Origin: Octopus sinensis
Lineage: Eukaryota
Assembly (NCBI RefSeq): GCF_006345805.1
Contig: NC_042997.1
Span: forward strand, 85,002,001 to 85,066,000
DNA length: 64,000 nt
Reading direction: 5' to 3'
Positions 42,114 to 56,523 of this stretch are shown here, piece after piece. The position numbers and the translations under genes were made by a program. The notes under the pieces were generated by a model that did no database searches, was not told where the DNA came from, and was given only the letters and a program-made list of their open reading frames with translations. The number at the start of each line of letters is the position of its first letter. The stretch's first letter is position 1.

Positions 42114-43574
42114 TATGTGTGTGTGTGTGTGTGTGATTTTTTACATTACATATATAGAGTAAACTGTTGGTTTTGCAAATTGCGAATTAAAACTTGAAAT
42201 GAAAACAAACATTGAAATGAATATATATTAAATTATCATTAATGAAAATAGAGGCGAGAGTCAGAAACTGTTACAAATGAAAACGGAAAATTTCGTCTGC
42301 AGAGAATTGATATTGTTCATTAAATCTACTCCTCGGTGAATGTAACGAATATTTAAATTTGTGAAAATGTTGAAGTTCAAATATTCAATCAACTTCAGAA
42401 ATCGAAATTACAGGAAATTTCTTGGAATATGAATTGTCAAAAAAATTTCCAGACGGTCAAACTTTTAATAATTGCTTTCTTTTAGTAACTGTTACACACT
42501 CACACGCACACATAAATACAAAAAATGTATGCATATGTATTATGCATATTTATGTATGTACGTATACATAAGAAAACACCCCTTCACTCGCTCACACACA
42601 CTCTCTCACATATACAAACACAAACACACACACATACACACCTTCATTTCATATACACATACACACTTCTTTCACTTTCTCCTCTTTTTCACTTTACAAC
42701 AAAAGTGGCATTTTTTTTAAACTGAAGTTTTCAGGAAAATTTACTTTCTGAACTTTCATTTTTTGTTGTTGAATATTTCGAGTTCACAAATTTAAGTATT
42801 TTAACGAGCTTTTATTTATACGACTTTTTCATTTCATGTCTATTTCATTCATTGTTTGCAATGTTCTCTCCCCCTCTCTCTCTCACACACACGCACACAC
42901 ACGCACACGCACACACACACACACACACTCTCTCTCTCTCACACACACACACACACATACACACTGTCTCCCCAAAAGTTTTTTACAGCATCGACCCCTT
43001 CATGGAATCCTTGACCCCCTCATCAACCCCAAGGCATGTGCAAAAAAAAAAATAATAATTAAGTAGATGAGCATTTATCGACCCCCAGGGGCCGATATCA
43101 ACCACTTTGGAAACCCCTGCTCTAGTATAAACACACACACTGTCTCTGTAAGATAAACACTCACACACACACGCACATGCACACACACTCCCAGTTTGAT
43201 TTCGTTATTACACAAATATCACATTAGAATTTTATAATTCAACATGGGGCATCCAAAAGATATGCGACTGAAAATATCAATGTGAAAAAATTATCAAGCG
43301 GCTAGCAGAAAACTGCCCGGATGGTGGTCTTTCTGCTACTATGAAACTAAAAGGATAAGGAAAATGAGAAATTATGTCACTTTTTCATTACTGCTGTGTA
43401 CTCGACTGACGCCTTTCTCTGAATCATTTGTATATTGAGTTCAACACCAGGTTATTGGCATCGTTATGCCTAAGCAAAATAATAAAATAAACACGCACAC
43501 ACACACACATACACACAAACAGACACACTCAGAGTCACACACACACAGATACGGGCACACACATGCACACATAT

Positions 43575-43860
43575 AGGTGCAGGTGGCTGTATGGCTGAGA
43601 AGCTTGTTTCCCAGCTATGCGGATTAGGTTCAATGTGGAATCTTGGGAAAATGTCTTCTGTTAAAGCCCACAGACTTACGAGTGAGTGGATATGGAAGAC
43701 AGAAACGGAGAGAAGCTCGCCGTCCATATGTGTACATTACTGTATATGTGTGTGTGCGTGCGTGTATGTGTGTGTGTGTGTGTTTTATATTTAAGCCGTA
43801 CCAGCAATTGGCAACCGGTGTTGGTTTGTTTAGACCACCGTAATTTAGTTGTTCAACAAA
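43575..43860 (+). mobile_element. Diverged SINE family B copy
   Basis: Head ggtgcaggtggctgtatgg..., gagtggatatggaagacagaaacggagagaagc, then caaccggtgttggtttgttta. Confidence 0.7.
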
Positions 43861-44558
43861 TGAGACAGATAAAATAATGTAATGGCTGTACGTACGCATA
43901 TATGTATGTATGTTTGCATGCATGTATGTATGTATGTATGTATGTATGTATGTATGTATGTATGTATGTATGTATGTATGTATGTATGTATGTATGCATG
44001 CGTATATGTGTGTATGTATTTATGCATGCATGTAATAAGTTCCACATGTACTGGAGTGAATTTATGCGAATAAAGCCTTCTTGGAGGTACTCCGATGACT
44101 GAAACAAGTAAAAGAAAGCATATACATACACATACACACACACACATGCATGCATACATACATGCACATACATGAATGTATGTATACATACGTACATATA
44201 TACATGCATACATAAATATATTTCGTACGTACGTACATGCACGCATACATACATACATTCGTATGTACATACAGACGTACATACATACATGCATACATAC
44301 ATGCATACATGCAAGCAAGCATGCATGTATGCAAACATACATACATACATACATACATACATACATACATACATGATAGAAGTCTATCTATGGTGGAACT
44401 ATACATGGTAGAAATGAACTCAATTACCAATCGATGAACGCAATTACCAGTCGATACCAATGCACTGAAACAATTGTAGTGATTTCGATTAAAGCCTCTT
44501 CAATTCATCAACATTATAATGATGTGTGTGTGTGATATATATATATAATGTATATATA

Positions 44559-44628
<70 letters not shown>

Positions 44629-44638
44629 CTATATATAT

Positions 44639-44670
<32 letters not shown>

Positions 44671-44671
44671 C

Positions 44672-44702
<31 letters not shown>

Positions 44703-44916
44703 CAAGACAAAGAGAGAAATATTTGTATACATATCTACAAATGTAAATGTATTGGAGTTTCTCGTATGAGTTTTCTATTTCTTATTTATTTCGTCTACAA
44801 AGAAACACTTTTCCCATGAGGTGACTTAACTTGCTCTAAATTACAGCATATTTCTTACATCCACGGTATACACACACATATGTATACATGTATATATATA
44901 CACATAATATATATAT

Positions 44917-44948
<32 letters not shown>

Positions 44949-45159
44949 CATATACACAATATATATGCCACACACACACACACATATATTATATATGTAT
45001 ATATTATATATATGTATATATATTATATATATATATAATATATATATATATAATATATATACAACATATATATGTATGTATATATATATGTATACACATA
45101 CATACATACATACATACATACATGCATACATGTATATTTGCATCAATATGTCAATATGC

Positions 45160-45298
<139 letters not shown>

Positions 45299-45932
45299 TT
45301 GATATATACAAACTGACATACAGATAGAAACACAGAGAGATAGATAAGTGTATGTGTGTGTTTGTGTGTGTGTAAAAATATACATGTATAGAAAATTAGA
45401 ACGGAAGAAAGAATGAGAAATACATATTTACCCACCACCACCAAGCACACTGCCACCACTCCGCTGACGCACACACAAATACGCATACACGCTCATACGT
45501 AATCAGAGAAAGACGCACGCACACTATCAGAGAAAAGTATATAATATTTCTAGTATCTGGAATTAATTCTCAGATTCGTGTCATACCAAACCTAAGTGGT
45601 TAAGTATTTTCAGGTTGTCTAGAGTTTTAATTCGGATAAGTGAGCTTTATTTATTAAGAACCAAACTACGCAGAAAATTGCACACACACAGACGTGTGTG
45701 TGTGTTTGTGCGTGTGTATGTTCGTGTGTACGTATGCTTGCACATATATTATATATATACATATGAATATATGTGTGCATTTGTGTGTGTGTATGCTCGT
45801 GTGTTCATATGTATGTATACATATGTGCGTATATATATACATATATATATATGAATATATGTGTGTATAGGTATTTATACATACGTATACGAATATATGT
45901 ATGTATACATATATATATACATACGTATATAG

Positions 45933-45966
<34 letters not shown>

Positions 45967-46829
45967 ATATAAATGCATAAATATGTATATACACGTATAT
46001 GCATATACAAATACATGTAAATATTAAAAATGCATATGTATGTGTGTATTTATATGTGCGTGTGTGTGTGTGTGTGAATATTAAAAGCGCAGATATCTAT
46101 ATATAAGTACATTTATAAGTGTGTATGTTGTGTGTGTATGTATATATATACATGCATGTGCATCTAAATCTATACAATGATGTATACATATATACATAGA
46201 TATATATTACGTATATAAATATATGCATACAAACATACATGCATGTATACATATATGCACACATACATACACGCATACGCGTGGATATTGAAAGTGAATA
46301 TTTTAAATGTGATTAAATTATCGACGGAGGACATTTTTATTTCATCGCTAGCTGCATGAATTGTGAATACAACATAAATTTTGACTAAATAGGCAGTTTT
46401 ATAGACTAAGAAAACAGCTTTAAATCATTATATAGGCTGATATCTTACTTGTTTTCTTACAGAAAGATCATAAAAATTGGCAGTAGTGTTTTGCAAACTA
46501 TATGTATGGATATGGAAAGTTGCGTACAGTCACTAACATTCGCACAAACATGCAAGTGAATACATACTCATTCACACACATACATACTCATGCATGCAGA
46601 CAACCTCAGACGCACACGCTTAGTCATATACACATGGAAGCACAAGCACACACACATATGTATTCGTGCACACACATAAACATCCATTCATGCAAACTTA
46701 TACACATACATATACACGCGGACACACATGGACACATAGGTTGACATAAGCACATTTATACACATATAAGTATATACGATTATATATACGCATACTCACA
46801 CACACAGAGTATGTACATATATGTGTATG

Positions 46830-46901
<72 letters not shown>

Positions 46902-47499
46902 AATACTCACACACACAGGCTACATATATATGTATGTGTGTGTATACGTACATGCATACTTACATACATATATATACATACACACATACACTTTCACTCG
47001 TACACAAAAACGTATATCCATATTCACATACGCATATACTCAATTACTATCTATCAGAGAGAGAGAAAGCAAAAGTGAATTAGAGAGAAAGCGAAAGTGA
47101 ATTAGAGAAAGAGAGAGAGGGTGTTGGGTAGAAAGGGAAGCTGGTTGGTTCGGATATTTGTTCATGTGTTACTTTTCAGTCCAAGTTCTCATATGTCAAG
47201 TGGAGTGTGACATTGTAGCTGCTGTTAAAGGGAAATAATTTATTTTATATTCCTTAAACTTTTTTTAATGAACATAAAGTAAATCATTTTATAATTATGA
47301 TAAAAAAATTGTTTGTTTTTTTTTGCATTGGCTGTAACATCTCTGTATTTTAAAGTATGTATATATATATAGACTAGGAAATGTATTAGTATTATAGTGC
47401 ACTAAATGAGAAGCAATAAATCTATAGATGTATACATATAACATGAAAATGATGTTACTATAGCTGTGAACAGTCGTTAGTGCAGTATACATGTTTGTG

Positions 47500-50400
47500 G
47501 CGAACTTCTCTGCCAATTCATCTCTTTCCTTTCCTTCAACTTTCAACTTCACCCTCTCTTCTATTCACTCTCACACTCCACCATCTCCAACACCTCTGTC
47601 AACTTCCTTGACATCTCTCTCCGCAATCGATCACCCCTCCAGCTCTCTCACCACCACCCGCCTCTTTTTTAAAACCTACGGATTCCCACCTCTATCTCAC
47701 TTCTCTTCCTCCCACCCCTTCCACACCAAACGAGCCATCCCCTACTCCCAGTTCCTCCGCCTCCGACGTTTTGCAGCCGCGACCAGGATTTCGAGACCCA
47801 ATCTCAATACCTGGCCCGCATGTTCAGACTCCGAGGTTACCCACCCATACTCCTCTCTGATGCCTCACCCTACCCGCGCCCGTCGCAATCGACCGCACTA
47901 CCGCCCTGTCTCCTTCCCCCGCCCACCCCCCAACCGCACCCCCCCCTCCCCCTCCTTTTCCACCCCTCTAACCCTACCCCTTCGTCGCAGATACTACGTG
48001 CCTTCCGTCGCCTCCAGCTTGATCCCACCACCCGCCCCCCATTTTCCCTAACCTACCCCTGTCCTCTTTCAAACGAGCCCGCAATCTGCGTGACCTCCTG
48101 GTCCACAGCACCCTCTCTCCTTCCCCCTCACCCCACACGGATCATTCCCTTGCTCTAGATCCCGTTGCAACACACTTGCCCCTTCATCACCCACACCACC
48201 GCTGTCACCGGCTCCAACCTGCACACTGTACCCATTAGGCACTCTTTACGTGCACCTCGTCTGGCCTTATTTACTGCATTAAATGCAACCTATGCGGGAT
48301 GCTGTATGTAGGACAGACGGGACGCCGGTTGTCCGACCGTTTCACTCACTGAACACTTGAGGACGTTCGCCTACACTCTCTTTTTCCCGCGCACGCCACT
48401 TCCCTCGGCCGGCCATTCCCTAGATGACATCTCAGTGTTTGGTCTCCATCTCGCCCCCCACCATGGTCGCCCACTTCCAGGCTCCACTTGGAGCAACGCT
48501 ACATCTTCACCCTACAAACTACCACCCCACACACGGACTTAACACAGCCCCCTCCTCCTCTTGAGATCCGTTTTTTTTTTTTTTTTTTTTTTTTTTGTGG
48601 ACACACCACTCACACACACCCACCCACCTACCTCCCACCCACCCACCCACCTACCTCCCACACGCCTGTTCACACACACACAACGTAGACCCTCTACGTA
48701 CATACATTCACACATTTAATCACACACACTTACAGACATACTAACACACACTAACATACAAACCAACATGCACATACACACACACATACATACATACGCA
48801 CACACATACATACTTCTACACATGACATACATACACACATACAACACATCAACATACGCACATACATACACACACACACTCACACACACACACCGCACGT
48901 ACATACTTCACACACACACATGCAAACATACATGTAGGCACATACATACATACATACCTACACATGCACACCCTTACACTGAATGCACACCACACATACA
49001 CCTTTTTGCATCCAGGCAGCCCCCCCTCTTTTGCTTTCCGGTTTTTGGCTGATGGATCCTCGGTTCCCGCGTAGCGGGGCGTTTCGAGGGCCTTTGCGCT
49101 CGCGCGCCTTGGCGCGCGCTGGGGCTTGGTCGGCCCCTTGGGCTTGCGTTGTACTGCTTGTGCGTTTTGTGCGTGGGCGCGCTTCGTGTGTGTGGGCTTG
49201 CTTCGGATGTGCGCGTGCGTATGTATGCATACATACCACACACTCGCATGCATCCCTACCCCACATACATACACGCACACCTACTCCACACACACACATA
49301 CACACACATACCTGCACACCACACACACATACATACATACACATACATACCTACTTCAGACATACACACACACAGACCATACACCCATACACTCACACTC
49401 ACACGCTATACACACACACACATACACACGCACACGTACACATACACACACACACACACACACCTACATACATACATTACACTTGTATACACACACACTT
49501 ACATTCATACACAACCACACACCTACACAGCCATACCCTCACTCAGACACACACACACTCTACCTACAACACACCCACCCAAACACACAACGGACAACCC
49601 CATACATACATACATCTACACACACACGCCTACACACATACATCACCATACATAAACACACACACACTACACATATACACACATACGCACACACACTATA
49701 CTTATACACATGCACACACACACACATACATACAACACCCATATACATACACACACACATACCCACATACTCCTATACGCACATACATACACACAGACAT
49801 ACACACATACCACCCACACAAACATACACACACACATACTTACAACACACAGTCACCTGCACGCGCACACACATGCATGACACACACACCCATACACTCA
49901 CACTCACATACGCACACACCAACATAAACACGCACACGCACACGCACACACACACCTACACTCCCACACCATACACACGCACCTACATACACACACGCAC
50001 GCATACACACGCATACACACATACATTACACACGTACACACACACTACATACACATGCATACACACACACACACGAACATGCACGGACACAACCCAGACA
50101 TACACACATACACCTATAACACACGCCCACACACCTACATACACACACATATACACACGACCCACACACCTACATACACACACATACATACACACACATA
50201 CACGGACACACCCATACATACTTACATACATACACCTATACACACACGCCCACACACCTACATACACACACATGCATACACCACACACACATTTACGCAC
50301 ACACACACACATATACGCACATACATATAACCACACACCCATGCACACACACACACACATACGCAATGCATGCATGCATGCATGCACACGCGCACAACCT

Positions 50401-51647
50401 ACACGCATACACCACCACACGCACAACATACATCAATACGCACATACACAACGCATACATACACCCACACATACATGCATCCTACACACACATACATACA
50501 CATCACACTCACACATACATACACACACACACACTACACTCACTCACACTCACTCACACACCTGTATGTACGCGCACACACATGCACATACACACACTTC
50601 CCCACACCCACACGTACATACATACACAATCACACACATACACACACACACAACACACATGGACATACATCTATGCACACACATACATACACACATACTC
50701 ACATACATTCATCGGACACACTGCCACCCGGACATACACACAGACACACTCACACATCCACACACATACATACTTACGCACATACTCGCAGGCTCGCGCA
50801 CGCACGCGCTTGCGCCGGTTTCGCGTTCGCATTACGCTCCGCAGGCACCTCGCTCTTGGAACCGACAAGACCTCCCGCCCGTTCCTGGGACCGTCGCGTG
50901 TCGTTGGGTTTTCCCACGCCCGCCTCCGCGGGACCACTCTTCCATCTTCCCCTCAGCTGGAGTCCTTTTCCTTAACCCCCCCCTTTTTCGTTACACACAC
51001 GCGCAACATATACACACATTGCTTAAATATATACATTACTCTTACACAATTCAATCTACTCGCCATTTATACCACCACGACACTGGACACACACCCACAC
51101 TACTACTCAACAAACGCTGGCACGCTACATACGGCCCCCACCCCCTTCCCCTCCCTCCCTTCCTCCTTCCTTCTTTTTCTTACTACTGACCTTTGTCTGC
51201 TAAGCTGACCACTATCTCGCCCTACCTCACACGCCTACCACAGACGCACACACTAACACACCATATATATTTTTTTGTTTTTTCATCTCGCCTCCACACA
51301 CACAACACCAACGCACACGCACACACTCACACATACACACACATCTGTTGCGTTACCAACCTTGTCTCCACTCTTTTGCCTTTAAAAACCCACTTTGCCT
51401 CTGTTTTCGTAAACATCCGCCTTTCACCATGTGCAACTCGTAAACACCAGTTCGTCTTTTTTTCTCTTTCCCTGTTGCCCGCTCTGGGATCTTTCTTTCC
51501 TCTCTCTTCCTTCTTCTTTATGTTTCCGACGAAGAGCTCCGCTCGAAACGTCCATACCTCCCTGCTTCCTTTTCCTGAGCGCCTATTAATAATAATACTG
51601 TAATTGTTCCATTGTTGTTGTTTTTTTGTCCCGTTTGGATTAAAATT
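47500..51647 (+). mobile_element. 5'-truncated Penelope-like element: RT C-terminus, GIY-YIG endonuclease, ~3-kb CA-rich tail, terminal repeat
   Basis: SVNFLDISLS, SSSHPFHTKRAIPYSQFLRLRR, LIYCIKCNLCGMLYVGQTGRRLSDRF, EQRYIFTLQT; frameshifted. Joining the tail to the ORF as one element is inferred by analogy to 56916-58110. Confidence 0.8.
51519..51556 (+). ncRNA. Hammerhead-like motif at PLE 3' end
   Basis: CCGACGA-A, stem II GAGC/GCUC, GAA, palindrome ACGU, GUC triplet, stem I UAUG/CAUA offset by three U. Confidence 0.4.
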
Positions 51648-51775
51648 ATATATAATATAATATATATATATAGAGAGAGAGAGAGAGTCAGACAGACAGA
51701 CAGAGAGAAAGAGAGAGAGAAAGAAAGAGAGAGGGGGAAAGACAGACAGATAGTGAGAGAGAGACAGAGAGAGCT

Positions 51776-51871
<96 letters not shown>

Positions 51872-52004
51872 CAGACACAGAGATTGATAAAGAAATACGT
51901 ATATACATATATGTACATCCTATATATTTATATATATATATACTATATATATATATATATATACACAAACGTGTATATTATATAGCGACATATATATTCA
52001 ACAA

Positions 52005-52490
52005 CATAGTCCTAGAAAAAGCCAACAGTCAAAGTATCGAATCGTTGATCATGAAACACCGTCTTCGATGGTCGGTACATGTAGCAAGAATGGAAGCGTC
52101 AAGGTTCTCACACCAAGTGTTATTATTCAGTGAGCTCACTTCAAGAAAAAGACTACGGGGTTGCCCTCTTTGAATATAAAAGGACTAACTCAAAGCAATA
52201 CTGAAAGCCACTTGAATGGAGCTTGAATCGTTTGAAACACAAGCCCGAGACTGTACCATGTGCCAGTGTTCCATTACCATCAGAACCAAAATCTTCGAAG
52301 ACACCAGAAGAGAAAAAGAAGAAAGCAAACGGGAAGTGAGAAAGTCTCGACAAAATCAACCTCGTTATCCACCAACATTGCCATGCAGTGAAGAATCTAT
52401 GCAAGAATTAGTCTACAGAGTTTTCAACGGCATCACCATAAAGGAAGCGTTCAGCAAAGAAGACAATAAATTCTCAGATACGAGATAAAG
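52005..52490 (+). mobile_element. RTE (BovB-like) LINE 3' relic
   Basis: VLEKANSQSIESLIMKHRLRWSVHVARME...SELTSRKR...FETQARD...FEDTRR matches the RTE C-terminus pattern. Confidence 0.82.
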
Positions 52491-54162
52491 CCACCGCCGA
52501 CGATGACATATTTATATACACACATAAAAACATGTGGATGCATACCTACATGCATATATGGAAACTTACACGTGAATATGGACGTGAATATGGAAGTGTG
52601 TGTGTGAAATTATATAAATACTTCCGATCGTTAAAGTAGTCTTGTGATTCGTCTACTAACCAAATGCCTAACGTTAATATTTGCTACTTGATTTCCAGTA
52701 CAAAATTTAACCAGATTTGAGAATCTTATAAAGTATTAACTGCTTTTTAAATAAAATATTTAACTTAGGTACATATCGGAGAAATCGATCTATCTCTATG
52801 ACGGTTTGTAATAGCGGGTCTCTCATTAAGAGACGTTGTTCAATAGTTTTTAGCAACTTTAATAGGGACTGAAACTGTATTGCTCACGGCCGATCATCAA
52901 TGACATAAAATAAAATAATGAAATGATGCCGGATTTTATTTCACTTCTTTTTTCTCATTTCCTCCATTATTTTATTTTCATCAACTCTGAAAATTAGTCA
53001 GCATGGTTGCTGTGATAATACATATGGACATATAGATTAGACCACTCTGGCCCGACACCTGTTTTCACCATCCCCAGTGGTTGATTTGAAATCAAAATTT
53101 TCATAACGCTTCAATTACTCTCAGTGAAGAAAAGGGCAACATAATAATGACTAGATGGGTGGGTTGGCTCACCGTTCTCAATTAAATGTTGCAGTGCATA
53201 CAACGCCGATAACAGGATAGGAAACGCCCATACTATGAATGGCTTTTCCGTAACCTTATCTGTTCTTAAATCCATAATGAGAAATGCAAGTGACAAACAG
53301 ATGAAGCCTAGCAAAATTAATTTTCAGGTTGGATGCTTGCATTATAGTTCAGGGGATATGTTCCGAACTAAAGTAAGGTCAAGTCGTTCTGATAGCATTT
53401 CTGCTGTTGGGACGCATGAAATTCTCTACCAATCTTTTTCTTTTTTTTTTCGCGGGTCGCAATTGGCATGATACAGAATAAGATTTTGGTATACTTTCTC
53501 TTAGACGTTTCATTGACTCTGGGAATCATGATATGACCCATACCCCTCAGCATGATATGATTGCCTTTGGCTCTTCAGTAGTTCGTTCACCTTCTTTGAC
53601 GCTTTATTTTTTACATTGAATTTATTATTGTTGAGTGAGAGAGCAGCACATGTCATCAAAGTGACACTGGGGTACAAATATATAAAGCCTAATATACCCA
53701 TCATTTATACCCGTCTGATAAGGGTAAACCAGGCACATGCATCACAACCATATGTGTGCATCATGGTGATCTCATATCGAGATAAACAGCGCATGACCTT
53801 GCAGGTGGGGCCCAGTTAGAATATTCTTCAGGTCGACTAACACATCCTCCTTGTTTAAGGATATTGAACGAAACGCCCATATTTCCAGAGGTGAATTATT
53901 CAAACCCCAAAGAATGTCTCTGAACATATGGCTATGATGCCCCCCACTACTTCTGCTCATGATCAGAGATGTTCATAATGTCAGCCACCAAGGGACTTGC
54001 TCAACTGGTGATGGTTAAACAAGTGACGAGCAAATCTGTGGTATTGAGCAGAATATTTGTGTAAGCCCATCTTTTATACATGACAAAACAATCTACATGA
54101 TAATACTTCCAATCAGTTAAGATCGGAAGCCATGAGAGCCACTGCCTGGTACTGCATTAGGG

Positions 54163-54173
54163 TATTATTATTA

Positions 54174-54218
<45 letters not shown>

Positions 54219-54246
54219 GTAGTAGTAGTAGTAGTAGTAGTAGTAA

Positions 54247-54284
<38 letters not shown>

Positions 54285-55260
54285 TTATTATTCAGTAATC
54301 TTATTTTTATCACGTGATAAAAAGCCTCCTAAGTATCCTAGCTGTCCCGAATAACACCGTTTTCTGGAACTGTACTAAACTGGATTTTATACCTCTTTCT
54401 TCTATCCATCAGTTCAAATCTTTAAGAATAATTCCTAATGCACCTATAACGACTAGAATACATTTTACCCACAATTTCCATAATGTCTGTAATTCAATAG
54501 CTAGGTTCTGGTACTTTGCACTTTTTCCTATACTTCTCATATTGATTTTTCACTATTTGGGACTGTAAAGTCAATTATTTGACATTTTCTATTCTCTTTA
54601 TCTTCTACTACTAAATCAGTCTGAATATTAAATTCACACAACATATTATATTTCTTACTTTCTAGTAATTCATGTTCATACCATTTATCAACAGGGTTAA
54701 ATCCTAGCTTGCTACATAATTTCTAGTGGATTACTCTCCCTAGGTTGTCTTGTCTTTTCTTGTATTCTTTCTGTGCCAGCATGCTACATTCACTTACTAC
54801 ATAAGTAACACTTTCCTCTTTTGATTTGCATAATCTACATTGGGAATCTACTTGATTTTTATCTATCTCGACTTTTATCTAATTAGTCCTTAATGCTTGA
54901 TCTTGTGCTACTAACAAGCTTTCTGGCTCCATTTTCAACCTCTCATTCTGCAACCATAACCATGTTTCACTACAACTATCTGCTGCAACTATCTTCGGGA
55001 ATTTACCATGCAATGCCTTCTCCTGCCAGTCAGACAATTTTTGTTCTTTTTTCTGGCTTTTAGCCTTGTTTTTTGTTGTTTTTTTTGTTTTGGCTTCCCT
55101 ATATTTTACTGTGACTCTAGCAGCTTTTAATAAACTTTCTTCATTATTACCTACATAGGAGTCTATATCTATTCTAGCTAACTCCACACAGTCTTCTACT
55201 GATATTACCTTCTTCCACCTTCTTTTCTAGGTAGATATAATCTTTCTACTCCTGACCTTG
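54163..55260 (-). mobile_element. R4/Dong-like LINE 3' part with trinucleotide tail
   Basis: WQEKALHGKF, ESLLVAQDQALRTN, CRLCKSKEESVTYVVSEC; 3' terminus shared with 26811 copy. Confidence 0.85.
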
Positions 55261-55390
55261 GGTGGAGTTTTCCATTCATATTGAATTCCTTCCTAGTTCT
55301 TCTGTCTAGCTTTGCTAATTCAGCTTTTGTTCAATCTACAGAAGCTGCTGAGTATCTAAATAATTATACTTTCATTAATATAATTATACT

Positions 55391-55693
55391 TTCATCCTTT
55401 CGGGGTCGATTAAATAAGTACCAGTTACGCACTGGGGTCGATATAATCGACTTAATCCCTTTGTCTGTCCTTGTTTGTCCTCTCTGTGTTTAGCCCCTTG
55501 TGGGTAGTAAAGAAATAGGTATTTCGTCTGTCTTTACGTTCTGAGTTCAAATTCTGCCGAGGTCGACTTTGCCTTTCATCCTTTCGGAATCGATTAAATA
55601 AGTACCAGTTGCGCAATGGGGTCCATCTAATCGACTGGCCCTCTTCCCCCAAAATTTCGGGCATTGTGCCTAAAGTAGAAAAGAAAAGAATAT
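55391..55693 (+). mobile_element. Dimeric SINE family A variant (headless)
   Basis: Two body units joined by linker ttaatccctttgtctgtcc...aagaaataggt. Confidence 0.85.
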
Positions 55694-56491
55694 CACGAGC
55701 AGTCTGTTCCGTTGATTGCATCAACTGGAATACTCGTCGTCGTAACCGACGGAGAATCGGTTATTATGCGTTGCTGTTTAGACTCTAATCAGTTCTGTTC
55801 GTACAGATCTATTACATCAAAATATTCCAGTCATTAATCCTCCCGTAATTTTCTTGTGTACACATATGAACTCATGACTACAATATTCAAATTATTCCAT
55901 TCTGTAACAGTAACTTGTGGTTTGCATGAGATTTGCTGCCATTTCTAGCAGATACGATGACCACAGAGACAATCCTGCGTCGATTCGTATATGTTCTGCG
56001 TAATAATTATAAGAGAATGGTGAAACTGGATAGCTCAATAAACTAACTAAATTGTCACGGATAAAGATTGAGTTATTATAGAAGACAGACAGACAAGATC
56101 ATTTGTTATCTCATCTTACCGTAGATATTCCCTGCAGTGATGGTGGTAGTGATGTTATTGTTGTTTGTTGTTGTTGTTGGTCATGCTGTTCCTGTTCTTG
56201 TTTTGTTGTTTGTCTAATAAACTATCCGTATTAGAAGAAAGTAGTAAATATCAAATTTCCTTCAGAAGTAAAAACTGGCACTTGAATACTGATGATGCCG
56301 ATGCTGATGACGATGACGAAGACCATGACCATGACGACGGCGACGACAGTGATGACGACAACGATGACGACAGCGACGACAACAACGGCGATGATGATGG
56401 TGGTGGTCGTCGTCGACGTCATGGTGTTGCTGCTTTTACTGCATTGCTGCTGCTACTGCGTTGCTACTGCTACTATTGATGATGATGATGC

Positions 56492-56523
<32 letters not shown>

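Noticed and set aside
49003-49230. GC-rich block as a promoter CpG island, a SINE fragment or an inverted CA tract
   Set aside because: Similarity to SINE B is limited to a few short words, and simple inversion does not explain the composition; G-to-A back-conversion explains the whole block better.
49126-51189. 687-aa His/Thr-rich ORF and overlapping long ORFs
   Set aside because: Translation of a CA-rich tract that lacks stop codons by composition; no domain signal.
53000-54110. Possible decayed RT on the minus strand
   Set aside because: No convincing conserved motif by eye.
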